59,830 bases of DNA, filler included, from Platydemus manokwari (GCA_037951405.1; 5 parts of 5 records of this genome joined end to end with filler, not necessarily neighbours in it); one strand, 5' to 3'; shown: positions 13,501 through 27,900, counted from the first letter of the whole stretch. Made by a program: numbers and translations. The notes: a model not told the origin generated them from the letters alone.

Positions 13501-16500
13501 CCATAACTTAAAATTTCAGGCAATAAATTTGATATTTGAGATATTTACTGTCGATATATCACGATTCGTTGCTATGAGAACTTTGTTAAATTTAAATTTT
13601 AGTTATTAATTGTATTGGTTTTCACTTGCAAATATAATTTTTTGCAGAAATTCTTAATATTGATTAAAAATGAATAACTAAAAAAGAAGGTTATTTTTGA
13701 ATTGTATAAAATTAAAGAATTTTCTGTCAAACTAGTCTACCAATTTTTCAATTGAAGTATCATTATGGATTCGAAACATCGATTTAAATATCATAAAGTA
13801 GGATAAATTATTGAAGTATAAACTCTAAAAATTATGCAAAATTTCAAAAAGTTCCCGCCGAAATTAGAGTTTATCATCCAATATATTTTCTGATCAATTT
13901 GAGTGCTTTTTCTAATGGTTTTTGGTCAAACAAAGTTACATGATTAAGAATAAATCACATGAGAATTTAGTATTCGAAAGATAAATGCAGATGTTCACTC
14001 TTTCTTTTTATACTTGAAACTCTGCCCGTGTCGTTAGTGTGCATATTGTGGTTTATTAATAAGATATCCTGTTTCAAAACTTCATTAGTGACTATGTTGG
14101 TTTTCTCACGATTTTCTATTCCATATTGACTTATTAGCGGCTTTTACATCTTTGATAGATATCCAATTAGCAATGGGATATTTTTAAACTCTCTGATTCG
14201 GTACTTAAAATGTGTGGCTCACTTTACCTTGGGAACTCCCTCCGGCGATTATTTCAATGTTTAAATCATGTTTTCTCTCTTTTTTCTTCCGAGTCATATA
14301 ACCACATACCTCTTATCAATAGATTTCTCAGAGAATAATGTCATGGTTTACATTGTAATTTTAAACTTAATTTTGGGAGTTCGACTAAAATAAATTCTGC
14401 GAAAAAATGCACTGGCTTTTGGAAAGTTTTTGAACCTGGTGAACCATTTTAATAGTCACTGGAAATTTAAAATCTAAATTACTGATATCGGAATGGATTT
14501 TAATGATCGATATTTGGAGAGCATGAAGGAACATTTTTTTTTAATTGAGTTATTCACATATACAAATGGTTTATTTCTATATTTGTGTTGAAAAACTCTG
14601 TGAATTGAACAAGAAATTATTATCAATATCATTTCTAATTTTGCATAATGATCGATTTGATTTGAAAAAATTCGAAATTCATATTAAAAAATATCACTTT
14701 AAAAATAGTTACCATCGCTACCATATTATTTCTTTTATTGTCTGTATGTGTTATGTTTGTATTTCTTTTATATTGTATTTTCATGACTTTTAGAATTTCT
14801 ATTCTTATATCTAAGCGAATTAAATCAATTAATCTCTATTAATCTCTATTTCTGTTATCCAGAGTCTTCCAGGAACATTTCAACCGATTCTTAACTTTAT
14901 CAAGACATTTATAAAGTTGGACTTGAAATTATATTAATAAATTATATTACAAAATTATTATTTCTTATAAAAAACATTGCAGTTGTTTTAATGATCTAAA
15001 ATTATTTTCATATGAAGCTTTTCATGTCAAAGATGTAATGAAAATATAATGTGTCGAGATCAATGAAATTGCAATGAGCGTATATCCAGATGCAATAAAT
15101 TTAGTCTGTATTTTGACGATGAATAAGCAAAGAACTATTAAGTTCCATATTTGATGGTTTTAAAGATAAAAGGTGATGACGATGCATTGATTATTGGATA
15201 TAAAATATTGATCAATTGATAATAATCTGATAATAACTCACAGAAATAATATTTATAAAATATAAATATTAATATCGATGCGATATTGAAGTAATTATTT
15301 ATAAGAGAAAGTTATTTTGTTGGAGTGGGTGGGATTGATTGAAACAATGAGCAAGAATATATCCATCTATGCCATAGGAATACTTAGCTTATCCCTTATT
15401 TATAAATAGGTAAATCACAATTTCAATAACTAATTAAATTGATAAATAAATGAATGTGAAACTCAAATAATCATTGATTTATTTGTTACTATTTCACTCT
15501 CAAACAAAAGCAACTACAAATACTCAATTCCTCGCAGACATGTCGTTGCATGATAATTAGTGAAGAAATTGTCAACAACTAAATTACATACCAACAATAA
15601 TAGAAAGGGACTATTTTCACAACGTATTTATTGAAACAAATGGCTCTATTTATAATACATAATTTAGTAAATTAGATTTCATTTGGAGAAAATTGTATTT
15701 CGCCAACTGACATCATTTATTGCAATACACATACACAGAGAGAAATAATTAGATGGGAAAACAATGAGTTGAAACAAAATCAAACCATTATTTGCTTTCA
15801 AATTCTCATTCGAAGCATCAATATTATGAATGGAGATTTATTAAAGGAAAACAAACAAAAAGATTTCTAGCTCTGGAATTTTATATTTGTTGCGAAACAA
15901 CAACAAATCATCTCATTTTGCAAATTTATCTAACGACTTCACGTTTATTTTGTGTTTTATTTTGTTGTGGTGATTTTTTATATTGCAGTAAAAAATTTGA
16001 AAATTGACCTGAAATTTAATGATGAGAATTTCTACTGAATTGTTGATGAATTAATCGACTTGTAGATTGACAATTGAATGGTTTCGATTATTAAAATAAT
16101 TTTTTGGTATTTATAAACCCACTATCGAGGAGGTTCATTCTAAAATCTGTTTGATAGTAAGGTTTTTTTTTATAAATAATATAACTCAGAATTATCTTGA
16201 TTCCCGCTAGCACTGAAAATGATTTTGAATATTATTATGCATTTTTTGTGAAGTAATTTTTCACATAAATTACAATATATCTTAAAGGAATTTTATAGTT
16301 GGCAATTGTATATTCAGATCTACTGATATTGAACGTAATTGCCCGTAAGTCAAAAACTGTCTTACTCTACATATAATTAAAAATAATTTAAAGGAATTAA
16401 TATTATAGTAAATAGATCATTTATTATTTTTATATATAAACTTTTATATACAAAATTTCTTTTATAAAATTATTATATATAAATAATATTGAAGGAAAAT

Positions 16501-17497
16501 AATTATTTTTTTTACTGTTAAAATATCTGCTCCCGTTTAAAATTTAAAAACTGGCTTGTCCTTTTCTAAAAAATTAACTTCTTGACAACTAGAGCAAGTG
16601 GACCATAAATTGGAATAATAAAATGATACTCAATTATTAAACTATTTTATTCAGATCGAAAAATGAAAATATAAATTCATAAAAATAACTTCTGGGAAAA
16701 TTTCGTAAAATAATATTTTTTGAATCGAATTTTTAATGAAAATGCTATTTATTACACGAATCTGTTGACAAATTTGTTTTTGGTCAGGATCAAACTATTG
16801 AAATTAAATATCTCGACATTTTACAATGCAAGCCAATATATATTTTCAAATTCATCTCTTAAGTTTCTCCACTAATACATAATTGGCTAATTCAGTAACT
16901 GTAAGGAAATTAGCTTAATATCACTGTAATCGAAAAATTCTTTTGCCATTTATTACTAATGCTTTATTTAGTTAATAATTAACCCATTTAATATAAATTA
17001 AATGCAGTGAAATTTCGTTGGATCGTTACCAATTACCATCAATACTAAGTCATAGTTACCGTGCATATTATTATAATGTTCAACTTCAACTCAAAAATAA
17101 TTTCATAATTTTTAAGTTCAATGTGTAGCTTTGTGGGATTACCATGCTGTACTTTGCGATAATAATGACAATACTCTAACCATTAACTATTCAATTATAA
17201 GTGTGGAGAATAATAAATCATGTTCACCTTTTGGTTATAGCTAATAAAAGGGTTCGAAAATAAAATTTGTAGAATGTATTGCAAAAAATAGTTTATTAAA
17301 TTTAATTCTTTAAAAACATTTTGAATTTTTTATGTAAGTACCTGAGTAGAATTTTAGTTGTTTGTAATCAAATATTATGTACATCAGGAGTTTTAAAAAT
17401 TACTAAAAATTAATTATTTGAAAAACCAATCAAAGTAAATCAAAATGCAAATAATTGAAAATTACTCTCAGGACCCTTTTTTAACATAAGGAACAAA

Positions 17498-18020
17498 TGG
17501 AATGATATGTAAGTTTTTTAGAAATAATTAAAAACCAGTGATTTGGAAAGCATTGAGAAGCTTCAGGAGCTAGGTATTTGCGCTTTATCTCATAATAAGT
17601 GTATTAATTTCTGTTTAATAGATTGGATACATAGATCCAAGACCTGTCGATGTTGTAATGAAATGAAAATTTCATCTAAATCAAATAAATCGTACATATG
17701 TAGATACCACAAATATTTAAGAAGTTTTGGAATTCAAATGGGGACTTGGTGCAACTATTCGACCTTGTACCTTTTCGACATTCTGAATACGGTATTTATG
17801 ATGCACGAGGTTCACACACAAAGTGTATTAGCAAAATGACCTCCATAAGCCAATCAACAATCAGTAAACAGTGACCATTTTTTTAAAAATAAAACTAAGA
17901 ATTTAAAATTATTTTTTAAGGTACAAAATTTGTAAGTTTCACGCCTATAAAGAAATAGCTTGGCATAGTAAAACAATTAGAGGCCGAAATATCGTAGAAG
18001 AAATTGATGAGGCCTATTTT
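17498..18020 (+). mobile_element. Degenerate Merlin (IS1595/ISXO2-like) DNA transposase, N-terminal half, with two apparent introns
   Basis: Removing GT-AG segments 17574-17621 and 17871-17920 and allowing one frameshift near 17835 gives LQELDWIHRSKTCRCCNEM...YICR...IQMGTWCNYSTL...VLAKMTSISQSTISKQYKICK...IRGRNIVEEIDEAYF. This matches the Merlin zinc finger, HTH and IGGxxxxVEIDE catalytic motif. Confidence 0.75.
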
Positions 18021-19286
18021 ATATCACATTAAAATTAAAAATAAAACATTATATTAAAATTGGGTCAAAGGACACTTTTTCTTAACTTAAGCCCACCTTT
18101 TAAATAAAAATATACTGATTGACGTTGAAAATTAAAGTCTATTTAAACAAAGGGCACATAAAGCAAAACGAACTATTTCGAATACCTGAAAGGGTTTTTT
18201 CTTAACTTTTGGAAAACCTAAAATTAGTTTTATTAACACCGGTATTTATATGGTCGTTAAAAAATAACATCTCTATATATTTTTTTAAAAAAGAAATCTG
18301 ATCGAACTGTGTTAATTTAAATATCTCACGAGTAAAGTTGGTTGTTTGAGAAGATAGATGGCTGAAAAATTCAATAATGCAAAACTATATCGATCCTGTT
18401 ATTAAACAGCTATAACTATGGTTAAATAAATTCTACTAATGGTTCAATATGAAAATAACGAAATATTTCTAAACTATAACAGAGACTGTTTCCAAATCGG
18501 TTTATTATTCAAATTTAACTGACTTGTTGAACAAATAAATCTGTCAGCTCGATTTTACTATAAAAGAAGGGATTTCCGTTTTCACTTCTCAAATAATATC
18601 AATAACTTCGTCAAAAACAAGTTTGAACACAATTTATTTTCAAATATATTAATCCTTTGAATTCATATTTGTATGGCAATGAGAAAAAATTCTATTTGAT
18701 TGTTCGTTTGGAAAAATCATGATGATTATTAAAGTAATTGAGTGAAAATTGATAAAATTTAAAAAGTTTCTACCTTAATGGTTATTGATTAATGGGTCTA
18801 TTTCAGAAAATTTTATTAAACTAGTAATTGTCTATAATCAATTTTAACATTGGATATAGAGACAATCGGTCAATGAAAATCCTTATAAGCTTCAATACAT
18901 TACGTTTTAATGCATAGATGGACAAATAAAATATCCAATCTGACCACAGGTAAATGAAATTGAAAAAGTTCACTTAGTTGATGACACCTACTAAAAAAAC
19001 AAAAAAAACAAATATTTATTTAAAACAATGGTTAATGAGATAGCCAGGTAAAACTGACTTTAAAAATTAGAGTCTTTCAAATGATCGACTCTATAACATC
19101 ATACTTCACATTTTATCCGTTTCACTTCTGATTAGATCTCATCATTTTATGATTCAATTGTTGGTTCCTAATCTTGGATCTGTAATGTTTTGATTTTTTC
19201 AGCACTCCTTTGACCTGAATGAAGTTGCCATTTGAGGTAGGATGTGGGGATATTAGATTTTATGCAATTCATTGCGATTTTATGGA

Positions 19287-19560
19287 TTAACTGTTGTGGA
19301 AGTCCAAGTTTCCGAAAGATACCATCAATCTTTTTAATCTATGTTCCCAGTACACTGACTTAGTCTCATCCCAAAGAGCTGAATATTTTTCAATGTTTTT
19401 GTTGTTAGTCTCTTTAATGAGTTTGGGTTCGTCCACCAGCATAATCGTAGACTTTTTTTCGTTAATAATCTGTAAATCTACTCGCAAATTAGATTCAATG
19501 AATTGACATTTTTGACCAGTGAAGTTACGAAAGTCCGTATTATTTACTACATAATTTGCT
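19287..19560 (-). mobile_element. Relic restriction-like endonuclease domain of an R2/R4/NeSL-type non-LTR retrotransposon
   Basis: ORF 19287-19652 contains NLRVDLQIINEKKSTIMLVD...KNIEKYSAL...LMVSFGNL, resembling the RPD-x-D...KxxKY motifs of RLE domains. Confidence 0.55.
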
Positions 19561-20790
19561 ATAATTTCCATGCTTATGGTCATGGCGAAATTTATCCTAA
19601 ATTCTGTAAAAATACCTTTATATGAATTAATCAAATCAAAATTAAAGCACAATTTCTCTAAATAAAAATAATAACATTAACTCAACAAATTCAAAATATA
19701 AGTTACTTTTCCTTTGTATAACTTCGGTAGCTTAGAAATAATTTGAAATCAAATATTCTGGCATGATTGTGTGTGATTATTTATTCGATACTGTGGTAGT
19801 ATGTGAAAAACATGAAGAAAAATACTCGTTAGAATCTTGAAACATACACTTGAATGACAAACAGCTGTATATTGAACCGCCTACCAATACAACTGAACAA
19901 ATAACGAAATGTAGTCCAATAAATCATAGATCAAAATGGGTTAGTCAAAATCCAGTACACAGGTGACATGAAAATCCACATTGTATCATAAACGTATCAT
20001 ATAGGTTTATGTCTATAAATTGAACCATCTTTCGACGTATGTCGCCAGTCTTATGGATAGGTAACTTCGAGTAAAATCCTTATTCTCTCGGGTTTTGAAC
20101 CCCTCCGGCATGATTTATTCTTGTTTCGGAAACTTTGTTGAACCGACTTGTGTATTTGAAATATGAGTGTTTAATTTGGTGATTTATTATACATTGATAT
20201 TATAATATTATTTTATTAATTTCTGGTATAATGGTTGATGTTCATTAACATTGATATATTCAATTCAGTTATTGATAAATCTTTAAATAATTAATTCCTC
20301 AATTTATCAAATAAATAATCTCATAATATAATATATTTGATGCAGTTTGTTTGAAAAAATATTTGAGGAGAATAAAATCAGAAATTGTATTTGATAAGAT
20401 ACACAGATTCCATCTCAAAAAAATAGGTTCGTTAATGTCAGGAGAAAATATAAATGCTTTCGCAGGAAATTCTATTCCAAAATTGACAACATTTTTCAAT
20501 TCTTTTTGTCATCGAGATTGACAAGTGGATTTAATGTGCCACTAGTTTCCACATAATTGGATTTAATATTGGTTAATTTTTCAGATAAGTTTTCTGAACT
20601 GTTTCAAAATTCAAAATGATAGAAATATTAAAATTTTTGTTGTAAATTAGTGCAAGTTTTCGTGATGCAATTTTCATTTACTGATTTTTAATTTGTAATA
20701 TTTTTAATGACAATCTGGATATTATTTCCCCTTTAAAGTAATTTCATCCAGTGCGTGATTAAAATCAAATTATCAAATTCTAAGCATTTC

Positions 20791-20994
20791 NNNNNNNNNN
20801 NNNNNNNNNNNNNNNNNNNNNNNNNNNNNNNNNNNNNNNNNNNNNNNNNNNNNNNNNNNNNNNNNNNNNNNNNNNNNNNNNNNNNNNNNNNNNNNNNNNN
20901 NNNNNNNNNNNNNNNNNNNNNNNNNNNNNNNNNNNNNNNNNNNNNNNNNNNNNNNNNNNNNNNNNNNNNNNNNNNNNNNNNNNNNNNNNNNNNN
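20791..20994. other. Assembly gap (N run)
   Basis: 204 consecutive N next to a microsatellite. Confidence 0.98.
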
Positions 20995-20997
20995 AAG

Positions 20998-21105
20998 ATT
21001 ATGATTATTGTGATTATTATGATTATGATTATTATGATTATTATAATTACTTTAATTATGATTATGATTATGATTATGATTATGATTATGATTATGATTA
21101 TGATT
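20998..21105. repeat. (ATTATG)n microsatellite
   Basis: Imperfect then perfect tandem ATTATG hexamers. Confidence 0.93.
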
Positions 21106-22425
21106 AATATTATTAAACTATATATATGTCAGTCAGTCAATGTGTTAATAATATATAATAAAAAGAAACAAAAAGCTACGTTTTACAACATAAGAAAATT
21201 ATCTGGATGAAAAACGTAAGTCGTTGAATTGAAGACATGTTAAGGTGTGTGGAAGATGTTCAAGACGAAAAATCTGATTGTAAAGAATGCGAAAATATAA
21301 TTTTTTTTATATCTATTAATCCATTTCAAAAAGCTTTTAAACGTAAAACAAATTTTCTCTGACAATACAAATATAAAATACCATTTATTGATATCATCAA
21401 AGACGCATAAGAGAAAATAGGCTGGCATTGAAGGATAGTGATAGAAGGGAAAACAATTTCATTCTGAGAGAACAGAAGAATTCTCAAAAAAGTTTGAATA
21501 ATAGGTTTCAGAATGAAGTGCCATTTGCGATCGATCAAATTCAGATCGGTAAGTCAAGTGGCTGTCAAATTCGCACATTTCATATCACCAATACGTATTA
21601 TATAGCTAAAGAAGAAGTGAAAAATATTTTGTTTAAATAAATAAATAACGCGACTATCGTGTTTTTGAAAATGTAATGTATTATTATTATTATTTTATTT
21701 ATAACAAGTTTATAATTTGAATTATGGTTTCAACAAAGTGTTTTTTAATAATAATTTATAATAATAATAATTTATAATAATAATAACTTATACTACTAAA
21801 TATTAATAATACTCAACCGACCTATTGTTTCAACCAAGTCGATTCCATTTTAAATTATTCACAAAAATCGTCATCGCTATTGTGTAATTTTAAATAGAAC
21901 ACGTAAATAATAATAATTTATTATTAAATCCAAATAATGGATAGACCTGTAAACAAATACATAAAATATGCTTATATTGATATTTGTTTATCATCAAAGA
22001 AATCCGATGAATCACAATTAATGCAGATAAAGTCGAAGTTGGATAAACATTATTTGACGTATAAATTAAAATATTAAATCGATGTTTGTTCGAAATAATG
22101 GACTGTACTTTATCGATTTGAATGATGTTTCTTAATAATCATATTTAATGACAATCCATTTGAGAAGGATTGTTTATAATTGTCAATATGATTCATAAAT
22201 GTTTTGTTGACAGGGGCATGTGTGTATCGATTGAGTAATAATTATGATAATGATATGATATCGATGTGTTAGTCATCTATTGTTATTGGATATGCCCACT
22301 AGCTAAAAACTTGAACATAATAATTGAAAATCATTGTTTACCTAAAGTATTTTTCAGTTATCAAATTATCAATCCACCGGTAATAATAAAAAATTCATTT
22401 ATATCTCTGATTATGACAATACGAA

Positions 22426-22525
22426 NNNNNNNNNNNNNNNNNNNNNNNNNNNNNNNNNNNNNNNNNNNNTTAATTAATTAANNNNNNNNNNNNNNNNNNN
22501 NNNNNNNNNNNNNNNNNNNNNNNNN
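22426..22525. other. Artificial scaffold spacer
   Basis: 44 N + TTAATTAATTAA + 44 N. Confidence 0.97.
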
Positions 22526-22632
22526 AACACAATATAATTTATACTCACATATTTATACTCATTGATAATAATTATTATTCACTGATTAATGTACTTTATT
22601 TCTTATTTCTTATTAATCAGCATTACTTCAAT

Positions 22633-22990
22633 ATGGCAAAAACGGTGGGTGGTGTTAAATTTTCGCTTGCAGATAGAGTGTTCATAGTTAGCCATGCAAT
22701 GGTGTACCAGAGTAGTGCCAAAGGTTGCCAAGAATTTCATCAACATTTCAATCGTGCACCAACAGCCAGGATGACAGTGCAATACTGGAAACAGAAATTT
22801 GAGGAAACTGGAATCTTGTTCACTAGGTTGCGATCAGGAAGACTGTCTGATGAAATAATTACGGAAAAGGTGGTAAATTGTTTAAAAGAGAATGATGGCA
22901 CAAATCAATGAGAAACGGCACGAGTATCTATGACTTCACAAACTTCTGTTCACAAACATCTCAAGTAAGAGAAAATTAAATCTTTCCAAA
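22633..22990 (+). mobile_element. Tc1/mariner-superfamily transposase pseudogene, N-terminal HTH (DUF4817-like)
   Basis: FSLADRVFIV...EFHQHFNRAPTARMTVQYWKQKFEETG...RSGR, continuing through stops into a second HTH (ETARVSMTSQTSVHKHLK). KFEETG and RSGR(P) are hallmarks of this family. No DDD domain seen. Confidence 0.8.
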
Positions 22991-23802
22991 ATTCCTTTTT
23001 TATTTTAGTTTTAGAGACGGGGACTTATGAATCGCTATGAGAAATTTTCCAAACATATTCTTTCCAAACTAACTAAGCATGTTGATAACTCTCAAAACAT
23101 CAACATATTTTTGAGGAAGAATTTTTGCCTACAATTCCAGCAATGCCAGTTTGTTTTCGGGACTAAATGAACATTTGAAACAATGGCCTGAATATACAAT
23201 AGGTAAATCAATAAATCTTTTCTATCCATTGTGTGGACCAAAGCCAGATGGATATTGTTCAACTAATCGACTATTTGAAATCTCATTTTCAATTAAAATC
23301 TTGATCAATTAAAACAAACTACCCACATCAATTAAACAAAGACTCATTAATCTATTTTATTGTTATCGAATCCAATGGATTGTTGATTTGGAATCTGGCT
23401 TGACATACTTGCTTATCGATATCAAAAATACAATATATAAACACTGGACATTAATCCCAAGTGATATCAATGACTTTATCATCGAATATTGAAAATAATT
23501 TATAAACATATTAAAACTAGATAAAACCAGGGATTCACATACTTACGGTATATATAATACGCTTGTCAAACACGCCTCCATGGTGATTGTACGACAATTC
23601 CTACAAATATTCTACAGTATTTCAGAACGATTATTGTGAATATGAGCAGAAAAGCAGACGTGTGTGTATTTGGTTTTATTAACCAATCATATTCGATTAT
23701 CACAGATCAGCTTAATTTCCACTGTGAAATCCCGAAATGGTTTTGCTAGTGTTCATTATTACGGTAAAGTTTTTTGACATCGGTTTCATTTGACTGACAA
23801 TT

Positions 23803-24064
23803 ATGACCGAAAAGAAACTCCAAAGCATTTTTCTCCTCGGCAAAAAACGTTTATTTACCTGCTGTGGTTTCTCGTTCGCTGTTATAGGATTATTAATGTT
23901 ACTCATCTCATTGGCAACGGATCATTGGATTACGACTTATGAACGAATGTCATCGATGAACGTTACAAATATCATTGCTCAGAATTCCGGGCTTTGGAGA
24001 AAGTGTTGGGTTTCACATGAGTTGATCGGTGTAACTAAAACATCTCTTTGGACTGATAGCATGA
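23803..24064 (+). CDS. First coding exon of a stargazin/CACNG (TARP)-like, PMP22/claudin-superfamily membrane protein
   Basis: ATG, basic N-terminus, TM helix (FSFAVIGLLMLLISLA), TDHW motif and SGLWRKC claudin-superfamily signature; consensus donor GTGAGT at 24065. Downstream exons not identified. Confidence 0.85.
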
Positions 24065-24622
24065 GTGAGTCGAATGTTTCATGATTTTGATATTAATTTA
24101 TATTATTAAAATATAAATCATGATGTGTATGGCAGAAAATTATATCAGTTTATTTATCGTATTTTTATCCAATTATTTTAAACCTTAATAATTGATTGAG
24201 CTATTTTTAAACTGGAAATATGCTATCGACTGGTGAGCATATGCTAATATGAAATCAAAATACAATTACAACAAGTGCCCACTGCCAAGTGGTGAGTGAC
24301 AGTAACCGTATATGGGGAATGGTGGTGGGGTCGAATTCATTCATTAACAAATTTGATTGATTCGAGATCCTAATTTGTTTTAAATTATTAACAAGCTTAA
24401 TTAATGAGAAGAGATCAATGAGTATCGAAAATATATTGCATAAATTAATGGAACATAAATTCGATGTCGATTAATAAAAGGTCTCATATTGGTCATTGGT
24501 AATATTAATGTTGTTATTAACTAAGCAACATTGTGTAACTATAGAAAAATGTTAATGGTTATACTTTAGTCATTGATTCATCTTTGGTAATAGATATGTC
24601 TAACTACGTTTACTAATTGAAC

Positions 24623-24933
24623 CAGTAGTTTTCAACTAGTTTTCCCCCGAACCTTAGGGTCCCGCCAGTACACTCTAGCGGTTCTGCAATTTCTAAATTT
24701 CTAAATTAGAACAACGATCAAATAAACCACGTGTTAAATTCAATTTCAAAAATCTATTTTATTATTATTATTTAATTATTATTTGTATTATTTTATTATT
24801 AGTTTTTGTTTAGTATAAAATTTAGTTTAAAATTTAATATAATTAAACCACCACATTATTGCACAAGGGTTCCTCTAGACAAGGAAATGTTTCTGTGAGG
24901 TTCCTCTCCAACAAAAAAGGTTAAAAACCACTG
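24623..24933. mobile_element. hAT (Charlie/Buster-type) MITE, old copy
   Basis: Imperfect TIRs CAGTAGTTTTCAAC / GTTAAAAACCACTG, GGTTCC subterminal repeats, AT-rich core; 8-bp flanks (AATTGAAC / GGTTAAGC) are eroded. Confidence 0.75.
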
Positions 24934-27900
24934 GGTTAAGCTATCAAAGATTATGAGGAGCAATAAATCCGTAACGATAAAGTTAAGAATGAACCAATAT
25001 TTGACAATATTAATATAAAGTGATAAAATGATAATGACGATATTACAAAACTAAAAAATAAAAATAATAGAGGCTCAACATAGAAGATTGTTAAAGTCAA
25101 GACTATCTGTAGGATTTGAAAACAATTGAACCACATGATATTAAGTTGTAATCATTAATTTTGAGTATAAATGAGAAGTTATCTAAAGCTTGTTATTGTA
25201 TGCTTGTCAATTGCGAAAACAAAACTGCGAAAATGCGCCGTGCTATCGTTTTATCTTAATAATTATGATTTGTCTGTCATCGCATGTGAAGCTCTTTTTA
25301 TGAAAGTATGGTAATTTGTCTTTCTAAAGTAGTATTTGGGTTACAACAGCCGATGGAGAATCTGTCAGATCGAATTTTATTTCGATGTTCCTTATGAGAC
25401 TGTTTTCATTGAATTGATGATATTTTTTAATCCATTGAGTTTTGAAGCCAATGTGATTAGTCGATTTGGCTTGATTAGATAGTTGTTTACTGTTCAAATA
25501 GAAGGTGTGGAAAATGAAATTAAATTCATTTATTGGTTAATTAGGTCATTAGTATAGATATGTGATTGTTTTGTTAGATGTGTTAGAGCTGTCAAGATGA
25601 AGATTGAATATACGAAGGTTTGAAAGCCGGTGATGTTGATAATCATATTCTTCTGATCATTTTTCTCAAATGGTTCACAGTGTCAAGAGATTTTACTAAG
25701 ATGGCAGGTACTTTATTGATACGATGTATTGGCAAAATTATTAAATGATTATATAAAGCTTGAGTTGAATGGATTATTCTTACAGTTAGTTTATAGTTCA
25801 GGGTGAAAGAGAAGAAGAGAGGTTAATTAATTAATTTAATGTATAAAAAGTTATCTAATTTAAAATTAGGTTGTTAGATAAATTAAAAACTTATATTAAT
25901 AACATAATTTTATTGTTTTTACTTAAAAATATTTTAAAAATTAGTTAGATTAAAGTATGATGAATTTGGTAGGTGATTATTAGTTATAAATATGGGTTAT
26001 TTAGTTAACCTTAAGTGAAATAAGATGGTGACATCAATCGTTCTATTTTAATGAGTGATGAAGATGATCTATCAAGGATAGCTTTATAGAGATAAATCTT
26101 TTGATGAAGTTGAGTTTTACTGCTTCATCAATAGTTTAATATTTAGTTAACGATGATGATTGGCAATGACAAATGATATTCGGTTAATTATTAATTGTGT
26201 ATTGGATTTATTGGCAAGGTAAATCGAGTACAGCAACGAGAGTGCTCAAAATAAAGTTGATATATTTTTACTTTATCTCATATTTTCGAGTGATCTATTG
26301 TTGAGTCTAAGAAACTTAATAGCTCAATATTAAGGGTTACGGAATGAGTTTCATGTTGGATGTTTTGACATAGTTCGGTGGAAAGCGACCTATATTTTTC
26401 AAAATTTAAAGTGCTGTGATTAGCAAAGTTTTTCTACATGTCATAGATGGATTTTAGGTCACTAATAGATTGTTGGTAATTAACGAGAAAATTAAAAAAC
26501 ATTGCGTAATAATTTTCTGTTATTGCACATTTGGAATTGCATATATATTCTAAATGCTCCAAATCTTATTGGCTTTTATTTAATTTAACTCTTAGGATTA
26601 TTCCAAGAAATATTTTAAAAGTTTATCGCATTTTTCAGTAACTGAATCAAACCTAAAACACCTAATATTAGTAAATTATATTTTCTAATTGTTTCAATTC
26701 ATTTACTTAAATCCTTTATGATCATCGTGTGATTAGAGTCATATGCTTTTAGATTGGGGTTAAAAGATTTTTGATTTTCATTATCTCAATAATCACATCA
26801 TTATATTTTTAATGAATTTGTTTGTTTCCCATGTTTATTGCTTATTTTATATATTATTATCATGTTCGTTATTTGTTATCTTACAAAATTAAAATTAAAA
26901 TTATTTTGTAAATATTCTAACTTTATCAATAATAATATTAAGTAAAAAATGGTTGTAGTTGATTTAATGAATTTGGAAATTTTTGAATATAGAACGTGCG
27001 AAAGTGGAATTGGTTGTATTGATTTGAGGACCGCATATATTGAACTTGTAAATTGTTTTCATTATTTGATTTGATTTGAGTATTAAATTATGTAGCAATT
27101 TTGGGCTTTATTGTGGGAATTCAAGTGATTTTTGTTGTCTATTAAATTCATAAGCGACTTTTACCCAGGCGAACCTCACAACATCATAATTATAAAATAA
27201 ATAAGGATAAAAATATCTATAAATCATCAAATAAAAAGTCCATTAAAAGTAGATAGCTTGTAAAACATTGTAAAAATATAATATAAATACCCACTATATC
27301 AAAATACAAAATCACGTACAAGCACTTACGCAATCCTTCAAAAGTATCTTAGCACCCATGTCCTTAACTTCTTGTTGAGTTTGCCTTATAACAATCTATA
27401 GAGACAACAATATATAGTTAACGTGGATTTAATAATTATCTACAAACCAATATTCATGTATCCAAGTACTCGAAAATAATTAGGAAACATCATTTTGTTT
27501 AATTACAGCCAATTCATTTAATTTATGCTTTCAACATATTTTTTACACCTTGGTAGATATTATATTTCACTGTTAATATTTGATATCAACAATTATGTGA
27601 GAAGTGCAAACCACCAGTATGAGATCACGAACTGATTGTAAGGCACAGATCATAATCATATCTAGATTACGATATTGAATTCATGAAAGAGTATTAAATA
27701 TCGAATCAGTCAGAATTACTATTATCTTGTAAATTCAGTTCTCATAATCCAGTGTGAAAATATTACCTAGAACCGTTGCATTTCAAATTAATTACATTAT
27801 TTCAAATGTCTCCCAGTTAGATAAGACCAGCATTTATACAATTCATATCATAATTATTGAGAATATAGTGTTTCTTCCATTTCGAATGTCAAGAAATTTA

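Noticed and set aside
14020-14260. Possible LINE reverse-transcriptase C-terminal relic on the minus strand
   Set aside because: Only vague motif resemblance across several frameshifts; unsupported without a search.
20755-21210. 151-aa ORF with an IM-repeat
   Set aside because: Artefact of an N gap plus the (ATTATG)n microsatellite.
22845-22870. CTGATGA...GAAA hammerhead-like core
   Set aside because: Lies inside transposase coding sequence and lacks the required stems.
25578-25707. AG...GT-bounded segment as CACNG exon 2
   Set aside because: Stops in all three frames.
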